Assembly: GCA_963666115.2 (NCBI GenBank)
Contig: CAXXET010000004.1
Span: forward strand, 64,001 to 128,000
DNA length: 64,000 nucleotides
Reading direction: 5' to 3'
Origin: Dehalococcoidia bacterium
GTDB lineage: Bacteria > Chloroflexota > Dehalococcoidia > UBA6926
Both the position numbers and the translations under genes were made by a program. The notes beneath the pieces are model-generated. The model had not been told where the DNA came from and made no database searches. It worked only from the letters and a program-made list of their open reading frames with translations. Each line of letters opens with the position of its first letter. Positions within the stretch are counted from its first letter, which is position 1. Of the stretch, positions 20,354-33,558 are shown one piece after another.

Positions 20354-23300
20354 ATGACAACGGCAGCGCAAAATGAACCCGTCGCCATCATCGGCATGGC
20401 CTGCCGCTTCCCCGGCGCGGACGACTACGACGCCTACTGGCGGCTGCTCGCCACGGGCACGATGGTCCGCACGGAGGGCATGATTGGGCCCAAAAGCCCC
20501 GGCAGAATGGGGCAATTCCTCGAACTTCCGGACCAACTTGGTGAATTAATTCACCACGCAGCTTTCATAGAGCATATCGACAAATTCGATTCAGAATTCT
20601 TCAGGATCGCGCCGGTAGAGGCCCAATTGCTCGATCCGCAGCAGCGCCTGATGCTCGAAACGAGCTGGCGCGCCCTCGAAGACGCCGGCATCGATCCCGA
20701 CACCCTTAAAGGCACCCGCACCGGCGTATATGGAGGAATAAGCAACGCCGAATACCGATATGCGGCTATCGCGTCCATTGAATTGGGCGATCCCGCCACC
20801 AGCCTCTACGCCGCCAGCGGAAGCAGCCTCAACACCGCCATTGGCCGCGTTTCCTACGCCCTCGGCCTTGAAGGACCTGCGATTTCCGTCGATACGGCCT
20901 GCTCATCGTCCCTCGTTGCCATGCACCAGGCTGTAATCGCCCTGGATCGCGGAGAAGCCGATTTGGCTCTCGCCGGCGGCGTCAACGCCATCCTCTCCGC
21001 GCGGGTAATGAACCTCCGCCGCCAGGCCGGAATGCTCTCCCCCAGCGGCATATGCCGCACGTTCGACGAAGCGGCAGACGGCTACCTGCGCGGCGAAGGC
21101 TGCGGCATCATCGTGCTCAAGCGCCTCAGCGACGCCGAACGCGACGGCGACCGCATCTGGGGCGTCATTCGCGGCTCCGCCATCAACCAGGACGGCGCAA
21201 GCCAGGGCATCACCGTGCCGAGCGCGGCGGCCCAGGAAAACGTCATCCGCGATGCGCTGGCCACAGCCGGCCTCACGCCGATGGACGTTGACTACCTGGA
21301 GGCGCACGGAACCGCCACCCCGGTTGGCGATCCGGCGGAGTTGAACGCGGCAGCCGCTGCGTATGGAACTCAGCGGCCCGCTGATCAACCAATGCTCATC
21401 GGCTCCGTCAAGACCAACTTCGGCCACCTTGAGCCTGCGTCAGGCGTCGCCGGAGTGATGAAAGTCGTGCTGGGAATGCGGCGCGGCATCATCCCCAGAC
21501 ATCTCAATCTCGAGAATCCCACCACGGCAATCGACTGGGAAACCGCCAACCTGCGTGTGCCGACGGAGATGACGGACTGGCCGGAAGTCGCCGGCAGGCC
21601 GCCGCGAGCCGGCGTCAGCGGTTTCGGATGGTCCGGCACGAACGCGCACATCATCGTCGAGGGCTATGGCGAACCGGCTGCTCAAGCCGCCGCAGGCACA
21701 GGAACAACGTGGCCGCTCGGCGCATACCAACCCGTGCCGCTTTCACTGTCCACCGCAGACTCTTTAAAGGAAGAAATGCCCGGGACGACGCCGCGCCCAA
21801 CGCGATTCCTGCCCATGGCCGGCAAGTCGCCGCAAGCCCTGGCCGAATTGGCGCAGCGGCACCTTGATGACCTGGACGAAGTGCGCGGCGGCCCCGCCCC
21901 GGACGTGGCAGCATCCGACCCTGCCCTGTCCGACCTTGCGTGGACGGCGAGCATCGGGCGCAGTCACCACCGCTACCGCTCCGGCATCGTGTACCGCGAC
22001 GCCGATTCGCTGCGGGAGGGCCTCCGCAAAATCGCGGAGCTCGATAACTCGCGCGCGGCGGGCAGCCCTGCCAAAATCGGATTCGTCTTCACCGGCCAGG
22101 GCAGCCAGTGGGTCGGCATGGCACAGGCGCTCTATGAGACAGAGCCGGTCGCGCAAGACGTGCTCGACCGGTGTGACCGCATCATTAAAGAGGAGCGCGG
22201 AATCTCGCTGCTGGATGTCATCTTCGGCAAAGCCGCTGACCTCGATGATTCGAGATGGGCCATGCCGACTATCTACGCCGTGGAATGTGCCCTAACTGCC
22301 CTCTGGAAGAGCATCGGCATAACGCCCGCAGTGGTCGCCGGTCACAGCCTCGGGGAATACGCGGCAGCGCAGGCAGCCGGTGTGTTCACCCTGGAAGAGG
22401 GCATCCGCCTCACGGCAGCGCGCGGAGAGTTGATGAGCGGACTCCCGCTTGGCGCGGCGATGGGCGTTGTATTCGCGCCCGAAGCCGCCGTGCAGGAAGC
22501 CGTCCTTGCGCAGCAGGAAGTCTCCGGCGACGACCGCCTGACGATTGCCGTTGACAACGGCATCAACCACGTCGTCAGCGGCCCGGAAGGGGACGTCGAG
22601 GCAGTCCTTCAAAAATTCGAGGCGCAGGAAGTTCGCGTTCGGCGTATGCCGCCCAGCCCAGCATTCCACAGCAGCTTGCTAGAGCCGATGCTTGAACCTC
22701 TCGGAGAAAAAGTCCGTGAAATTGTTGCGGCGCCGCGAGCGCCGGATATTGATTTCATCTGCGGCGCAACAGGCAGGCCGGTTGAGCAGGACACCCTCCT
22801 GGACGCCGCCTACTGGATGCGCCATTCACGGGAGAAAGTCCTGTATCGAACCAGCGTTGAATCGCTGGCGGAAAGCGGCGTGGATTTCGTCATCGAGATT
22901 GGCCCGGGCGCAGTCGTGGGCGCGATCGTTTCCATGTGCTGGCCCCAGGGAGCCCCCGCCAAAGACCCGCCCGTCCTCTCCAGCATGGTGCGTCCTCCCC
23001 ACGACGAGACGGAGCCGCCAATCGACGCAACACGCGGATTCGTCACCGCGGCCGCCGCCGCCTACGAAGCAGGCTTGCCAATCGACTTTTCCGGCCTCTT
23101 TGCGGGCGAATCGCGTCGCCGCGTCATGGTTCCGAGCTATCCATTCCAACGGCATCGCCACTGGGTTGATGCAGCCGCGCAGCCACGGGCAGCCACAGGC
23201 CATCCCCTTTTGGGCGTTCGCCATGACTCCCCGCGCGGCGAGGTGACGTTCGAAAGCCGCCCGTCCCCGTCAGACCCCGCGTGGCTCAGCGATCACCGCG

Positions 23301-26300
23301 TCTTTGGCCGCGTCATCGCCCCCGGCGCAATGCACGCCGCGCTTGCCCTAACCACCGCGCGGGCCGATCACGACGGAATCATCGCCCTCGACGATATGCA
23401 GATACAGACTGCCCTCGTCTTTGCGGACGGCCAGGACGACGACGCGCCGGAGTCCGCCGAACGCTCCGTCCAGTTGATCCTCGAACCCAGAGGCGGCGAC
23501 GCGGGTCGCGGCTTTGAGATTTACAGCACGTCCGAATCTGAGAAGGACTGGACCCTCCACGCCAGGGGCACGACCCTTGCCATGCAGGGCGGGCTGCCGG
23601 ACGGCGTGACAGCCGCGTCGCCGGACGCGCTGCGTGACGGCCTCGCGCCGGTGGATATTGCGGAGTTCTATCGCGCCAAGGCGGATATCCGTATCGACTT
23701 CGGCCCGCTGTTCCGCGTCGTAACGGGGCTGTGGGCGGCAAACGGGACATCTCTCGGCGAAATCACTCTTTCCGATGAGCTGGCTCGCGGCGGGCTTGAT
23801 TTCCACCCGGTTCTCCTGGATGGGTGCCTGCAGGCCGCGTCAGCCGCGAGGATGGACGACAACTCCGGCGGCGACGCCGCGTACTTGCCCTTCGCGTGGG
23901 AGCGCCTGTGGATGAGCGGCCCGCTGCCCTCCCGCGTCTACTGCCACGCCAAAATGCGCGAACGGGCCGCAGACGCCGCAGCCGGCGCCCAACGCGGCGC
24001 GCCCGAAGTGCATTCGATGGACGTGACCGTCTACAGCCCCGACGGCGAGCCGCTTGGCGGAATCGTTGGCCTGACGGTCAAGCGCGCAACGCGAGAGGCC
24101 CTGCTCTCCGCAGCGGAGGGGCTCTCGAACCTGCTCTACGATGTCGTCTGGCAGGACCGCCCCCTCCGTCCGCTGCTGCCCGCCGATTTCCTCGCCTCGC
24201 CCTCCACCATCCAGGACGTGACGCCAACCTTTGAGGAGTACGTCGGACGGGAAGGCGTGGACTGGAGCGAACGTATCAACCTGCTGACCGATCTTGAACG
24301 CCTCTCGTGGTCCTTCGCCCTGGCCGCCGTTCGCTCGCTCGGCTGCCATCCCACCGCCGGGGAGATGATCGACCCGGAGACGGCGGGCGGCGAACTGGGC
24401 ATCACAGGAGACCGCGCCAGGTTGTTCAGGCGAGTCTTTGAACTACTTGCGCGGGCCGGCGTCGTTGAGGAAACGGCGGACGGCTTCCATGTCCTGATCG
24501 GGCCGGACGACCCGCTGCCCGCAGACCTGCCCCCTGACCCGGACGCCTTTGCCGCATCCATGCTGGAGCGCTACCCGCACGCATCAATTGAAATCGCCCT
24601 CTGCCGGCGGACGGCGGCGCAACTGCCGGGCATCCTGCAAGGGAAGACGGACCCCGTGTCACTCTTGTTCGGAAGCGGGAACCCAACCCCCGCCGACCTG
24701 TTCAGCGCCGCCCCTGCCGCGCGCGCCGTCAACAGCCTGCTGGCCGATGCCGTCGCCGACCTCATCGAAGGACTGCCCGACGGACGCCCGCTGCGAATCA
24801 TCGAGGTGGGCGCGGGCACAGGCTCAGGCACCGCATCCGTCCTGCCCCAGCTCCCTGAGGGGCGATTCGAATACGTCTACACGGACATATCCGCTGGATT
24901 CTTCTCGGAGGCGGAGGCCCGGTTCGGAACCGCCGGCGGCGCCATAACGTACGCGCCGCTCGATATTGAAAAGAGCCCGGCGGAACAGGGACTTGACCTC
25001 CACCGCTATGACCTCGTGATCGCCTCCAACGTCCTGCATGACACCATCTCGCTCGATGAGACGCTCAGCAACTGCCTGAGCCTCCTTGCCCCCTCCGGCC
25101 AACTCGTGGCGATAGAAGCGCTTGTCGGCATGGGCTGGCAGGACGTGACGTTCGGCGCGCTGGAGGGCTGGTGGCGCTTCGACGACCGCTATCGAACCAA
25201 TCATGGAATCGTCGGCGCGGACGTGTGGACGCGCGCGCTGGCGGACACGGGGTTTGAGAACCCGCAGGTTCTCGGTCTCGGCTCAAACGAACCCTCCGAA
25301 ACTCCCGACCGCGCCGTTTTCCTCGCCGGCGCGCCCGCGGAAATCCTTGAGGAGCGCGGCGCATGGGTCATTGCCGCTGACGACAGCGGCGTTGCCGAGA
25401 CGCTCGCCCGCAGAACTGGCCGCGCGAAACCAGTCCGTCACGCTCGCAGACGTCGATCCGGCCAATCGCGATTCCTGGCGCGCCCTCTTCGCGGATCTGC
25501 CGCCGGACGTTCCCCTCCGTGGCGTCGTTCATCTCATCGGGGCGAGCGGCCACGGGGCGGACGCGGCGACGGACGATATGTTCTCCGACGTCCGACAAGC
25601 GGCCGGCTCCGCTCTGGCCATGGTGCAGGGGCTGCTGGACGCGGACGCGGCGCCGTCGGGCGGCCTGTGGCTCATCACGCGCGGGGCGCAGTCCGTCGGG
25701 CGCGAGCGCCTCATCGAGCCGGCAGGCGCGGCCCTCTGGGGATTCGGCAAGTCCCTGATCCGCGAAATGCCCTCCCTCCAACCGAGAATGATCGACCTGG
25801 ATGCCGAAGGCGTGCCGGGTTCCGACCTCGTCGAAGAACTGCTGCGCCCGGACGGCGAGAATCACGTCGCATGGCGCAGGGGTTTCCGCCAGGCCGCGCG
25901 GCTGGCGCGCGCCGCAGACGTGCCGGATCGCCTAACCGTGCCGGAGACGACAACTTGGCGTCTGCGGCCTGACCCGTCGGGAGACCTGGACAAGGCGCAT
26001 ACGGTGGAAATGCCGCCCCGCGCCCCGGAGCCGTGGGAAGTCCGCGCCACAATAGACGCCGCCGCTCTCAATTTCCGCGATGTCCTGGTGAGCATGGGCG
26101 TTGAAGACGGCGATAATCTTGGACTGGAGTTCTCGGGACGCATCTCTGAAGTCGGCGCGGACGTGACGCGCGTCGCGCCGGGAGACCGCGTTGTCGGCCT
26201 CGCGTTTGAAACGCTGGGGCCGGAGACCGTCATTCACGAGGAACTGGTCACGCGCGCGCCGGAAACCATGTCGTCCCGCGCGCTTGCGACGGTGCCGACC

Positions 26301-29300
26301 GTCGGCGCAACTGTCGCCCTGTCATATGAGCTCATCCGCCTTGCCAAGGGAGACCGCGTGCTGATACACGCCGCCGCAGGCGGGGTTGGGCTGGCAGCCG
26401 TGGAGATGGCGAAAGCGGCGGGCGCGGAGATCTTTGCCACGGCAAGCAGCCGCAAGCAGGGCTATCTGCGGGAGTTGGGAATAGATCACGTCTATGACAG
26501 CCGCAGCACGGACTTTGCGCAGGGCATCCTGGAGGACACGGACGGCGCAGGCGTCGACGTGGTGCTCAACAGCCTGACGGGAGAGGGCTTTATCGAGGCC
26601 AGTCTTTCATGCCTGGCGCGCGGCGGCCGGTTCATGGAATTGGCGGTCGAGGGAATCCTGACTGCCGAAGAGATGTCGGATACCCGGCCTGACGTGGAGT
26701 ATCACACCATCCAATTGAATGATCTCAAGGTCGTCGATCCCCACACCCCGGGCGCCGCCCTCCAAGCGGTCATGGAGCAGGTGGCAGACGGCGCGCTCGC
26801 CCCCATCGCCCATACCGCGTGGTCAATGGCAGAGGCGCCCGCCGCCCTCAAGTTCATGCGCGACACGCGCCACGTCGGAAAGATCGTCCTGTCCAACTCC
26901 CCCCTCCAGCAGGGCCGTCTCCGGGCGGACAGAACATATCTCGTTACCGGCGGCCTGGGCGGCATCGGCGTGGCGGTCGCGCGGTGGCTCGCCGGCAACG
27001 GCGCGGGCGCAATCGTCCTCAACGGGCGGCGCGATCCTGACCCGGAGGCGCAGGACGTCATCGACGAACTGCGTGAGGCAGGTGTCACCGTGCAGGTGGA
27101 ACTCGCCGACGTAACGGACGCGGACGCGATAGACGCCATGCTCGCCCGGATCGACGAATCGCTCCCGCCGCTTGCAGGCGTCATCCACAGCGTTGGCATC
27201 CTGGCCGACGCGTCCGTTGCCAACCAGACGTGGGAATCCTTTGAGCGGGTGCTCTCGCCCAAGGTTCTCGGCGCGTGGCATCTCCACCGGGCAACGCTGA
27301 ATCGTGATCTTGACATGTTCATCCTGTTCTCCAGCGCGGCAGGGGTGTTCGGCAACCCCGGGCAAGCCAACCACGCCGCCGCAAACGCATTCCTCGATCA
27401 ACTGGCCGGACACCGCCGCGCCATGGGCCTTGCCGGGCAGACTATCGCGTGGGGCGCGTGGTCGGACATCGGCGAGGCGGCGGAGCAGCGGGAGCGCATC
27501 GAAGAGCGGCTGGCTGAACGCGGAACCGGGTGGATTCCTCCCGAGCAGGGAATGCGCGCGCTGGACTGGCTCGTCAGGCAGGACTGGACGAACGCGACCG
27601 TCGCATCAATCGAGTGGGATTCGCTTTTCGACAGCATCGGGTACGCGCCGCCCCTCTTCGCGGATTTTGAGCGCGTTGACGCAGCCGGCAGCGCGGCATC
27701 AGACGATGCGGGGCCGTCCCTGCTCGCCGGACTCGCGGACGCTCCCGCCGAACAGCGCGAGCAGTTGATCATCGACTTCCTCCAACAGGAGTTGCAATCG
27801 GTGATGCGGATGCCGTCGCTTCCCCTCCCTGCGGCGGAGTTCTCGGAACTCGGCATGGACTCGCTCATGGCCGTTGAACTGCGAAACAGGATCAATCGCG
27901 CCCTCATCGGCGCATACGTCGCGCCCAACACCGTCGTCTTTGATTACCCCAGCATCGACCGGCTGGCCGCCCACCTTGCGGGCGGGCTCGGCGACGCTGA
28001 CCTGCCTGCCGCGCCTGTTGCGGATACGCCCGCCCCCGCGCTCCCCGCGCCGGTCATCGAGTTGCCCGCGCCGCCGTCGCCGCCCACCCCCGTTGCTGAA
28101 CAGCCCGCAGCCCGGGCCCGCGTGCGACACCACGCGGATAAGGACGCAATCGCCATCGTCGGTATGGCGTGCCGCTTCCCCGGCTCCGAGGACGTGGACG
28201 CCTTCTGGCGCCTGCTGGACGAGGGCAGATCGGCAGTCACGGACGGACGCAGGGACGGGCGCGACTGGACAGGACTGTTCGGCGATCCGAACGCCGCGAA
28301 TGCGTATGAACGGCAGGGCGCGTTCCTGGAAAACATCGACGAGTTCGATTCGCGGTTCTTCCGCGTCCAGCCCATCGAGGCCCGGACGATGGACCCCCAG
28401 CAGCGGCTCCTGCTAGAGACGGGCTGGCAGGCCTTTGAGGACGCCGGAATCGACCCTGAGACCTTAAAGGGCAGCCGCACCGGCGTCTACGCGGGCATCA
28501 GCGGGAGCGAATACCGCGCCGTTCTCGCGCGCAACGGCAACGATGATATTTTGGGCTCCATCCCCAGCATGGCCGTCGGACGCATCGCTTTCACGCTCGG
28601 CCTGCAGGGGCCGGCCGTGCCAATCGACCTTGCCTGCACGTCATCGCTGGCGGCGGTGCACCAGGGCGCGGCGGCGCTCCGCAGCGGCGAGGTTGACCTA
28701 GCGCTTGCCGGCGGCGTGAGCATCACGCTTTCCCAATCCACGTCGCGGTTCCTTGCAGAGTTGGGCATCCTCTCAAGCAGCGGAAAGACCGCGAGCTTCG
28801 ACGCGTCGGGCGACGGGTTCACGCGCGGCGAGGGCTGCGGATTCGTCGTGTTGAAGCGCTTGGGACAGGCGGAGGCGGACGGCGACCGTATCTGGGGCGT
28901 CATCCGCGGATCGGCGGTGAACCAGAACGGCGCGGGATTCAGCATCACCAGCCCCAACGGAGCCGCTCAACAGGCGGTCATGCGGGAGGCCCTCAAGCGT
29001 TCAGGCCTGGCAGCGTCCGACGTCGATTACCTGGAGGCGCACGGCACAGGCACGCCGCTGGGAGACTCCATCGAGGCGAATGCGGTCGCCGCCGTATACG
29101 GCCAGGGACGTGAGCCGGACCGCCCGCTCGTCATGGGATCGGTCAAGACGAACATGGGACACCTGGAGGCGGCATCAGGAATGGCAAGCCTGCTCAAGGT
29201 CATCCTTGCCATGAATCACCGCCTGATCCCCAGGCATCTCAACTTCACCACGCCGAACCCGGACATCGCCTGGGACGCCATGCCCGTGCAGATCCCGGCG

Positions 29301-29852
29301 GAGGCGATGGACTGGCCGGCGCCCCCAGATCGGCCCGCGACGGCGGCCGTCAACATCTTCGGCATGACCGGCGCCAACGCCCACATGATCGTCGAAAGCT
29401 ACGAGCCGCCTCCCGCCCAGGCATCGTCGCCCGGCATTCCGAAAACACGCCTCCTCCCGCTCTCCGCCAAAGACGATGATGCCCTGCGCGATCTCGCAGA
29501 ACGATACCGCGGTTGGCTCGACACTCAAGGCGACGAACAACTCGCGGACATGGCATGGACGGCATCCATCGGGCGCAGCCATTTCCCCGCCCGCGCGGCG
29601 GTGGTCTTCAGGAACGCGGACGACCTGCGAACAGGACTTGACCGCCTGATCGACGGCAATTCTCCGCAGAACGGCGCAACTGCGGATGGAAACGCGGATT
29701 CCGCAAGCGCGGCGGCGCGGGCATACGAGGCCGGACAGGACGTCGATTTCGCAACGCTATTCGAGGGAGAGGAGCACAGGAAGATCGCCCTGCCCGGCTA
29801 TCCCTTCCAGCGCCGCCGCTACTGGGCGCCGCCAAAAAACGGGTCAGGTTAA
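20354..29852 (+). CDS. supA: Sup-type type I PKS, KS-AT-DH-MT-ER-KR-ACP-KS; split by a 1-nt insertion at 25407-25409 (3,165 aa if repaired)
   Basis: KS DTACSSS/HGTAT/GHLE; AT GHSLG..PAFHS; DH HRVFGRVIAP; MT EVGAGTG; ER LIHAAAGGVG; KR GGLGGIG; ACP LGMDSL; second KS DLACTSS/HGTGT/GHLE. GGAGG precedes ATG 20354. The two track ORFs join as ETLA-AELAARN if one C is removed. Confidence 0.88.
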
Positions 29853-29930
29853 GAGAACGTAAGCGACAATCGCAAGTGAATGCGGTACGCTGATAGAGAG
29901 CACAAATGGCATGACGAAAGGAGTGACAGA

Positions 29931-30167
29931 ATGGCAACAACGGAAGAGAGGCTCCACAAGCTGGTTCACGACAACCTGGACGTCCCGGACACCGAGAGCC
30001 TGAACCTGAACCTGAATTTCGCGGACGCCGGCGTGGCCTCGGCGCAGGTCGTCGCGTTCGCCAAGCTCGTGGCGGATGAGTTCGGCATCACGGTTACCCC
30101 GGAAGACTTCGCAGGCTTCAACAACGTCGGCGACCTCGTCGCCCACATCAACGCGAACGCCGCCTAG
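29931..30167 (+). CDS. supB: Stand-alone acyl carrier protein (SupB-like)
   Basis: 78 aa, acidic; FADAGVASAQVV (Ser attachment site), EFGITV; AAGGAG RBS. Confidence 0.8.
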   Translation: MATTEERLHKLVHDNLDVPDTESLNLNLNFADAGVASAQVVAFAKLVADEFGITVTPEDFAGFNNVGDLVAHINANAA

Positions 30168-30182
30168 CGGCATCCGTTCGGC

Positions 30183-30220
30183 AATCGCGTTCCCGTCGCC
30201 GTCGCGGCGGGAACGCGATT
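30183..30220 (+). terminator. Strong hairpin between ACP and PPTase (terminator or mRNA-stabilising stem)
   Basis: aatcgcgttcccg ... cgggaacgcgatt, 13-bp perfect arms; no long U-tract. Confidence 0.55.
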
Positions 30221-30233
30221 CACATTAAGCAGA

Positions 30234-30956
30234 GTGGCGTCAGCAGGAGTGGGCGGAGAGTGGGTCGACTACGGACTCACCGGCGGCGTTGCCGTCTATC
30301 ACGTCGACGTGACGCCGCATCCCGGGCGCGAGGCCGCGGCCCGCGCCCTGCTGAATGAAGAGGAAACAGAGCGCGCCGGCCGATTCTATTTCGCAGAGCC
30401 GCGCCGCCGCTTCGTCCTCTGCCGCGCCGCCCTCCGCTCCCTCATCTGTGAGCGGCTCGGCTGCGACAATTCCGATCTCGATTTCTACCCAACTGCCTAC
30501 GGCAAGCCCATCGCGCTGGTCGAGGACGTGCCGGCGGACGTCAACTTCAGTGTGAGCCACAGCGGCAACCATGGACTCATCGCCATCGCGGGAAAGGCGC
30601 TGGTGGGAGTCGACGTCGAGGATCGAAACACGCGGCTCCCGCTGGAGCAACTCATGGACTCCGTCCCAAGCCCGCGCGAACGGCAGCAGCTTGCCGCTCT
30701 GGACAGCGACGCCCGCAAAAGGTCATTCTTGGACTTGTGGACACTCAAAGAAGCGCTCATCAAGGCAGTCGGCCTCGGGCTGCGCATGCCGTTGCAGGAC
30801 ATCGAGATTCCCGACGCGATGAAAAGCGGCGCGGCGTCCGGCACGATAGCCGTTCCGCAAGCTCCCGGCATCCGGTGGCGGCTGACCAAGCTGAGCGGCG
30901 CGCAATTCGCCGCCGCTGTCGCGCAGGAAATACGGGCGGACGCCGGCTGTGACTGA
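30234..30956 (+). CDS. supC: Sfp-type 4'-phosphopantetheinyl transferase (SupC-like)
   Basis: YGKP, FSVSHSG, VGVDVE, WTLKEALIKAVG. Confidence 0.9.
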   Translation: MASAGVGGEWVDYGLTGGVAVYHVDVTPHPGREAAARALLNEEETERAGRFYFAEPRRRFVLCRAALRSLICERLGCDNSDLDFYPTAYGKPIALVEDVPADVNFSVSHSGNHGLIAIAGKALVGVDVEDRNTRLPLEQLMDSVPSPRERQQLAALDSDARKRSFLDLWTLKEALIKAVGLGLRMPLQDIEIPDAMKSGAASGTIAVPQAPGIRWRLTKLSGAQFAAAVAQEIRADAGCD

Positions 30957-31860
30957 CTCAAACGATTCCGTATGGATGCCGCCTGAGCCGCTGGCCACGC
31001 ATGACGTCCAACTGGACGCCGACACGGTCGTGACGCTGCGGCGCCACGGCAACCCAAACGGCCCCCGCCTCGTGCTGAGCCACGGCAACGGCCTCGCAAT
31101 CGACCTCTATTACCCGTTCTGGTCCCTCCTGCTGGATGATTTCGACATCATCGTCCATGACATCAGGAACCACGGGTGGAACCCCGTTGGCCCCATGGAG
31201 CGCCACAACCTGCCAACGTTCATCCGCGATCACGACCGCATCCTGGAGGCAATCGACGCGCAATTCGGCAGCAAGCCGCAGGTCGGAGTTTTCCACTCAA
31301 TCTCCGCATTGATCGCGCTCTTGTCGCCCGCGAGGGGGCGGCGATTCTCCGGTCTCTTCCTCTTCGATCCACCCGTGTGCAAGCCGGGCAGGACATATGA
31401 AGAACTGGACGCGGCGGCGGTACGCAACGCGGAGATGATCCGCCGCCGCACGGAGAAATTCAAGACCCGCCGCGAACTCATCGAAATACTGCCCTACATG
31501 CCCGCATTCCAGCAGGTCGTCGACGGCGTCGGACAACTCCTGGCAGAGACGACGCTGCGAGAGGCGGCGGACGGCGACGGTTATGAACTCCGCTGCCCGC
31601 GCGAATACGAAGGGCAGATCATGGAATACGCGGGCATCTTCGCCGTATCCGTCGATTTCGAAAGCATGGCGTGCCCCGTCAAGGTCATGGGCGCGGACCC
31701 CACCGTCCCCTACTCATACCTCCCCACGCTGGACCTAAGCGACATCACCACCGTCGATTACGATTTCATAGCAGACGCCACCCACCTAATGCTCCTCGAA
31801 CAACCCCAAGAATGCGCCCAGGCAGTCCAACAATACACCCAGCAAATCCTCCAACCGTAA
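30949..31860 (+). CDS. supD: Alpha/beta-fold hydrolase (SupD-like)
   Basis: SHGNG oxyanion motif, DIRNHG, GVFHSIS nucleophile elbow, [10 protein letters not shown]; overlaps the PPTase stop. Confidence 0.8.
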   Translation: MTDSNDSVWMPPEPLATHDVQLDADTVVTLRRHGNPNGPRLVLSHGNGLAIDLYYPFWSLLLDDFDIIVHDIRNHGWNPVGPMERHNLPTFIRDHDRILEAIDAQFGSKPQVGVFHSISALIALLSPARGRRFSGLFLFDPPVCKPGRTYEELDAAAVRNAEMIRRRTEKFKTRRELIEILPYMPAFQQVVDGVGQLLAETTLREAADGDGYELRCPREYEGQIMEYAGIFAVSVDFESMACPVKVMGADPTVPYSYLPTLDLSDITTVDYDFIADATHLMLLEQPQECAQAVQQYTQQILQP

Positions 31861-31873
31861 GAAGGGAGCACGA

Positions 31874-33469
31874 ATGACAACATCCGGCGCGAACAGCGGC
31901 AACGGAGCTGTGACAGGCTACGAGGCCGAGTTATGGAAGATGGCCGATGCCCTCCGTGGGAGCATGGACGCCGCCGAGTACAAGCACGTCGTCCTCGGCC
32001 TCATCTTCCTCAAGTACATCTCCGATGCCTTCGAGGAAATGCACACCTGGTTGGAGTCGATGACGGCTGAGGGATACGACCCGGAGGACATGGATGAGTA
32101 CCGGGGCGAGAATATCTTTTGGGTTCCGCCAGAAGCGCGCTGGTCGCGCTTGAAAGAGCAGGCGCGGCAGTCGACTATCGGCCGACTGGTGGACGACGCT
32201 ATGGCCGCTGTGGAGCGCGACAACCCGGGGCTCAAGGACGTGCTGCCCAAAGATTACGCCCGACCTGCCCTGGACAAGGCGCGTCTTGGCCAGCTGATTG
32301 ACATGATCAGCAACATCCGGGTAGGAGACGCAGAAGCGCGTTCCAGGGATGTCTTGGGCCGAGTGTACGAGTATTTCCTGTCCCAGTTCGCCAGCGCCGA
32401 AGGCAAAAAAGGCGGCGAGTTCTACACCCCGCGCTCAGTCGTACGCCTCCTGGTGGAGATGCTGGAGCCATACAGGGGCCGCGTCTATGATCCCTGCTGC
32501 GGCTCCGCCGGCATGTTCGTCCAGTCGCTGGAGTTCATCGACGCCCATGCCACCGGGAACGGCAACGGCGGCAAGGCCCGAAGCCGCGTTTCCATCTGGG
32601 GCCAGGAGTTCAACTACACAACCTGGAAGCTGGCAAAGATGAACCTGGCTATCCGGGCCATCGACCATGACAATATCGCCCATGGCAACAGCTTTCTCAA
32701 CGACCGCCATCCCGACCTCAAGGCCGACTACATCCTGGCCAACCCGCCCTTCAACGTCTCAGATTGGAACGGGGAACACTTGCGGGATGACAGGCGGTGG
32801 AAGTACGGCCTCCCGCCCGCCGGCAACGCAAACTTCGCGTGGGTGCAGCACTTCATCCATCACCTGTCCCCGCGCGGCACGGCAGGTTTCGTCCTCGCCA
32901 ACGGCTCCATGTCGTCCAACCAATCCAACGAAGGTGAGATCCGCAAGAACATCATCGAGGCGGACCTGGTGGACTGCATGGTGGCTCTGCCCGGCCAGCT
33001 CTTCTACTCCACCCAGATACCCGTCTGCCTCTGGTTCCTCTCCAAAGATCGCAGAGGCGGCAACTACCGGGATCGGCGGGGCGAAGTACTGTTCATCGAC
33101 GCCCGCGCGCTGGGGCGCATGGTGGACCGCGTCCACCGGGAACTGACTGACGACGACATCGCCCGCATCGTCGGCGCCTACCACGCATGGCGTGGCCACT
33201 CCCCTCTCCCCCAGGGAGAGGGTCAGGGTGAGGGCTACGCCGACGTCCCCGGATTCTGCAAAAGCGCCTCGCTCGAAGAGATTCAGCGGCACGGCTGCGT
33301 CCTCACCCCCGGCCGCTACGTCGGCGCAGCCCCGCAAGAAGACGATGGGGAACCCTTCACGGACAAGATGGCCGCCCTCTCAACCCAATGGCGAGAGCAG
33401 CAAGCGCAAGCCGCCAAACTGGACGCCGCCATAGAAGACAACCTGCGTAAACTGGGGTTTGGAGGATAA
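31874..33469 (+). CDS. hsdM: Type I R-M N6-adenine methyltransferase subunit
   Basis: [39 protein letters not shown]. Confidence 0.95.
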   Translation: MTTSGANSGNGAVTGYEAELWKMADALRGSMDAAEYKHVVLGLIFLKYISDAFEEMHTWLESMTAEGYDPEDMDEYRGENIFWVPPEARWSRLKEQARQSTIGRLVDDAMAAVERDNPGLKDVLPKDYARPALDKARLGQLIDMISNIRVGDAEARSRDVLGRVYEYFLSQFASAEGKKGGEFYTPRSVVRLLVEMLEPYRGRVYDPCCGSAGMFVQSLEFIDAHATGNGNGGKARSRVSIWGQEFNYTTWKLAKMNLAIRAIDHDNIAHGNSFLNDRHPDLKADYILANPPFNVSDWNGEHLRDDRRWKYGLPPAGNANFAWVQHFIHHLSPRGTAGFVLANGSMSSNQSNEGEIRKNIIEADLVDCMVALPGQLFYSTQIPVCLWFLSKDRRGGNYRDRRGEVLFIDARALGRMVDRVHRELTDDDIARIVGAYHAWRGHSPLPQGEGQGEGYADVPGFCKSASLEEIQRHGCVLTPGRYVGAAPQEDDGEPFTDKMAALSTQWREQQAQAAKLDAAIEDNLRKLGFGG

Positions 33470-33558
33470 GCAGACGCATAGATCGAAGTCGTAGAATAGA
33501 CACGATGACAATCACACCAGGTCGCAATGGCCTGGCCTACTGGGCAATGGAGAGATAG

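Noticed and set aside
25380-25430. Programmed ribosomal frameshift in the PKS
   Set aside because: No slippery heptamer or long homopolymer; a single-base insertion explains it.
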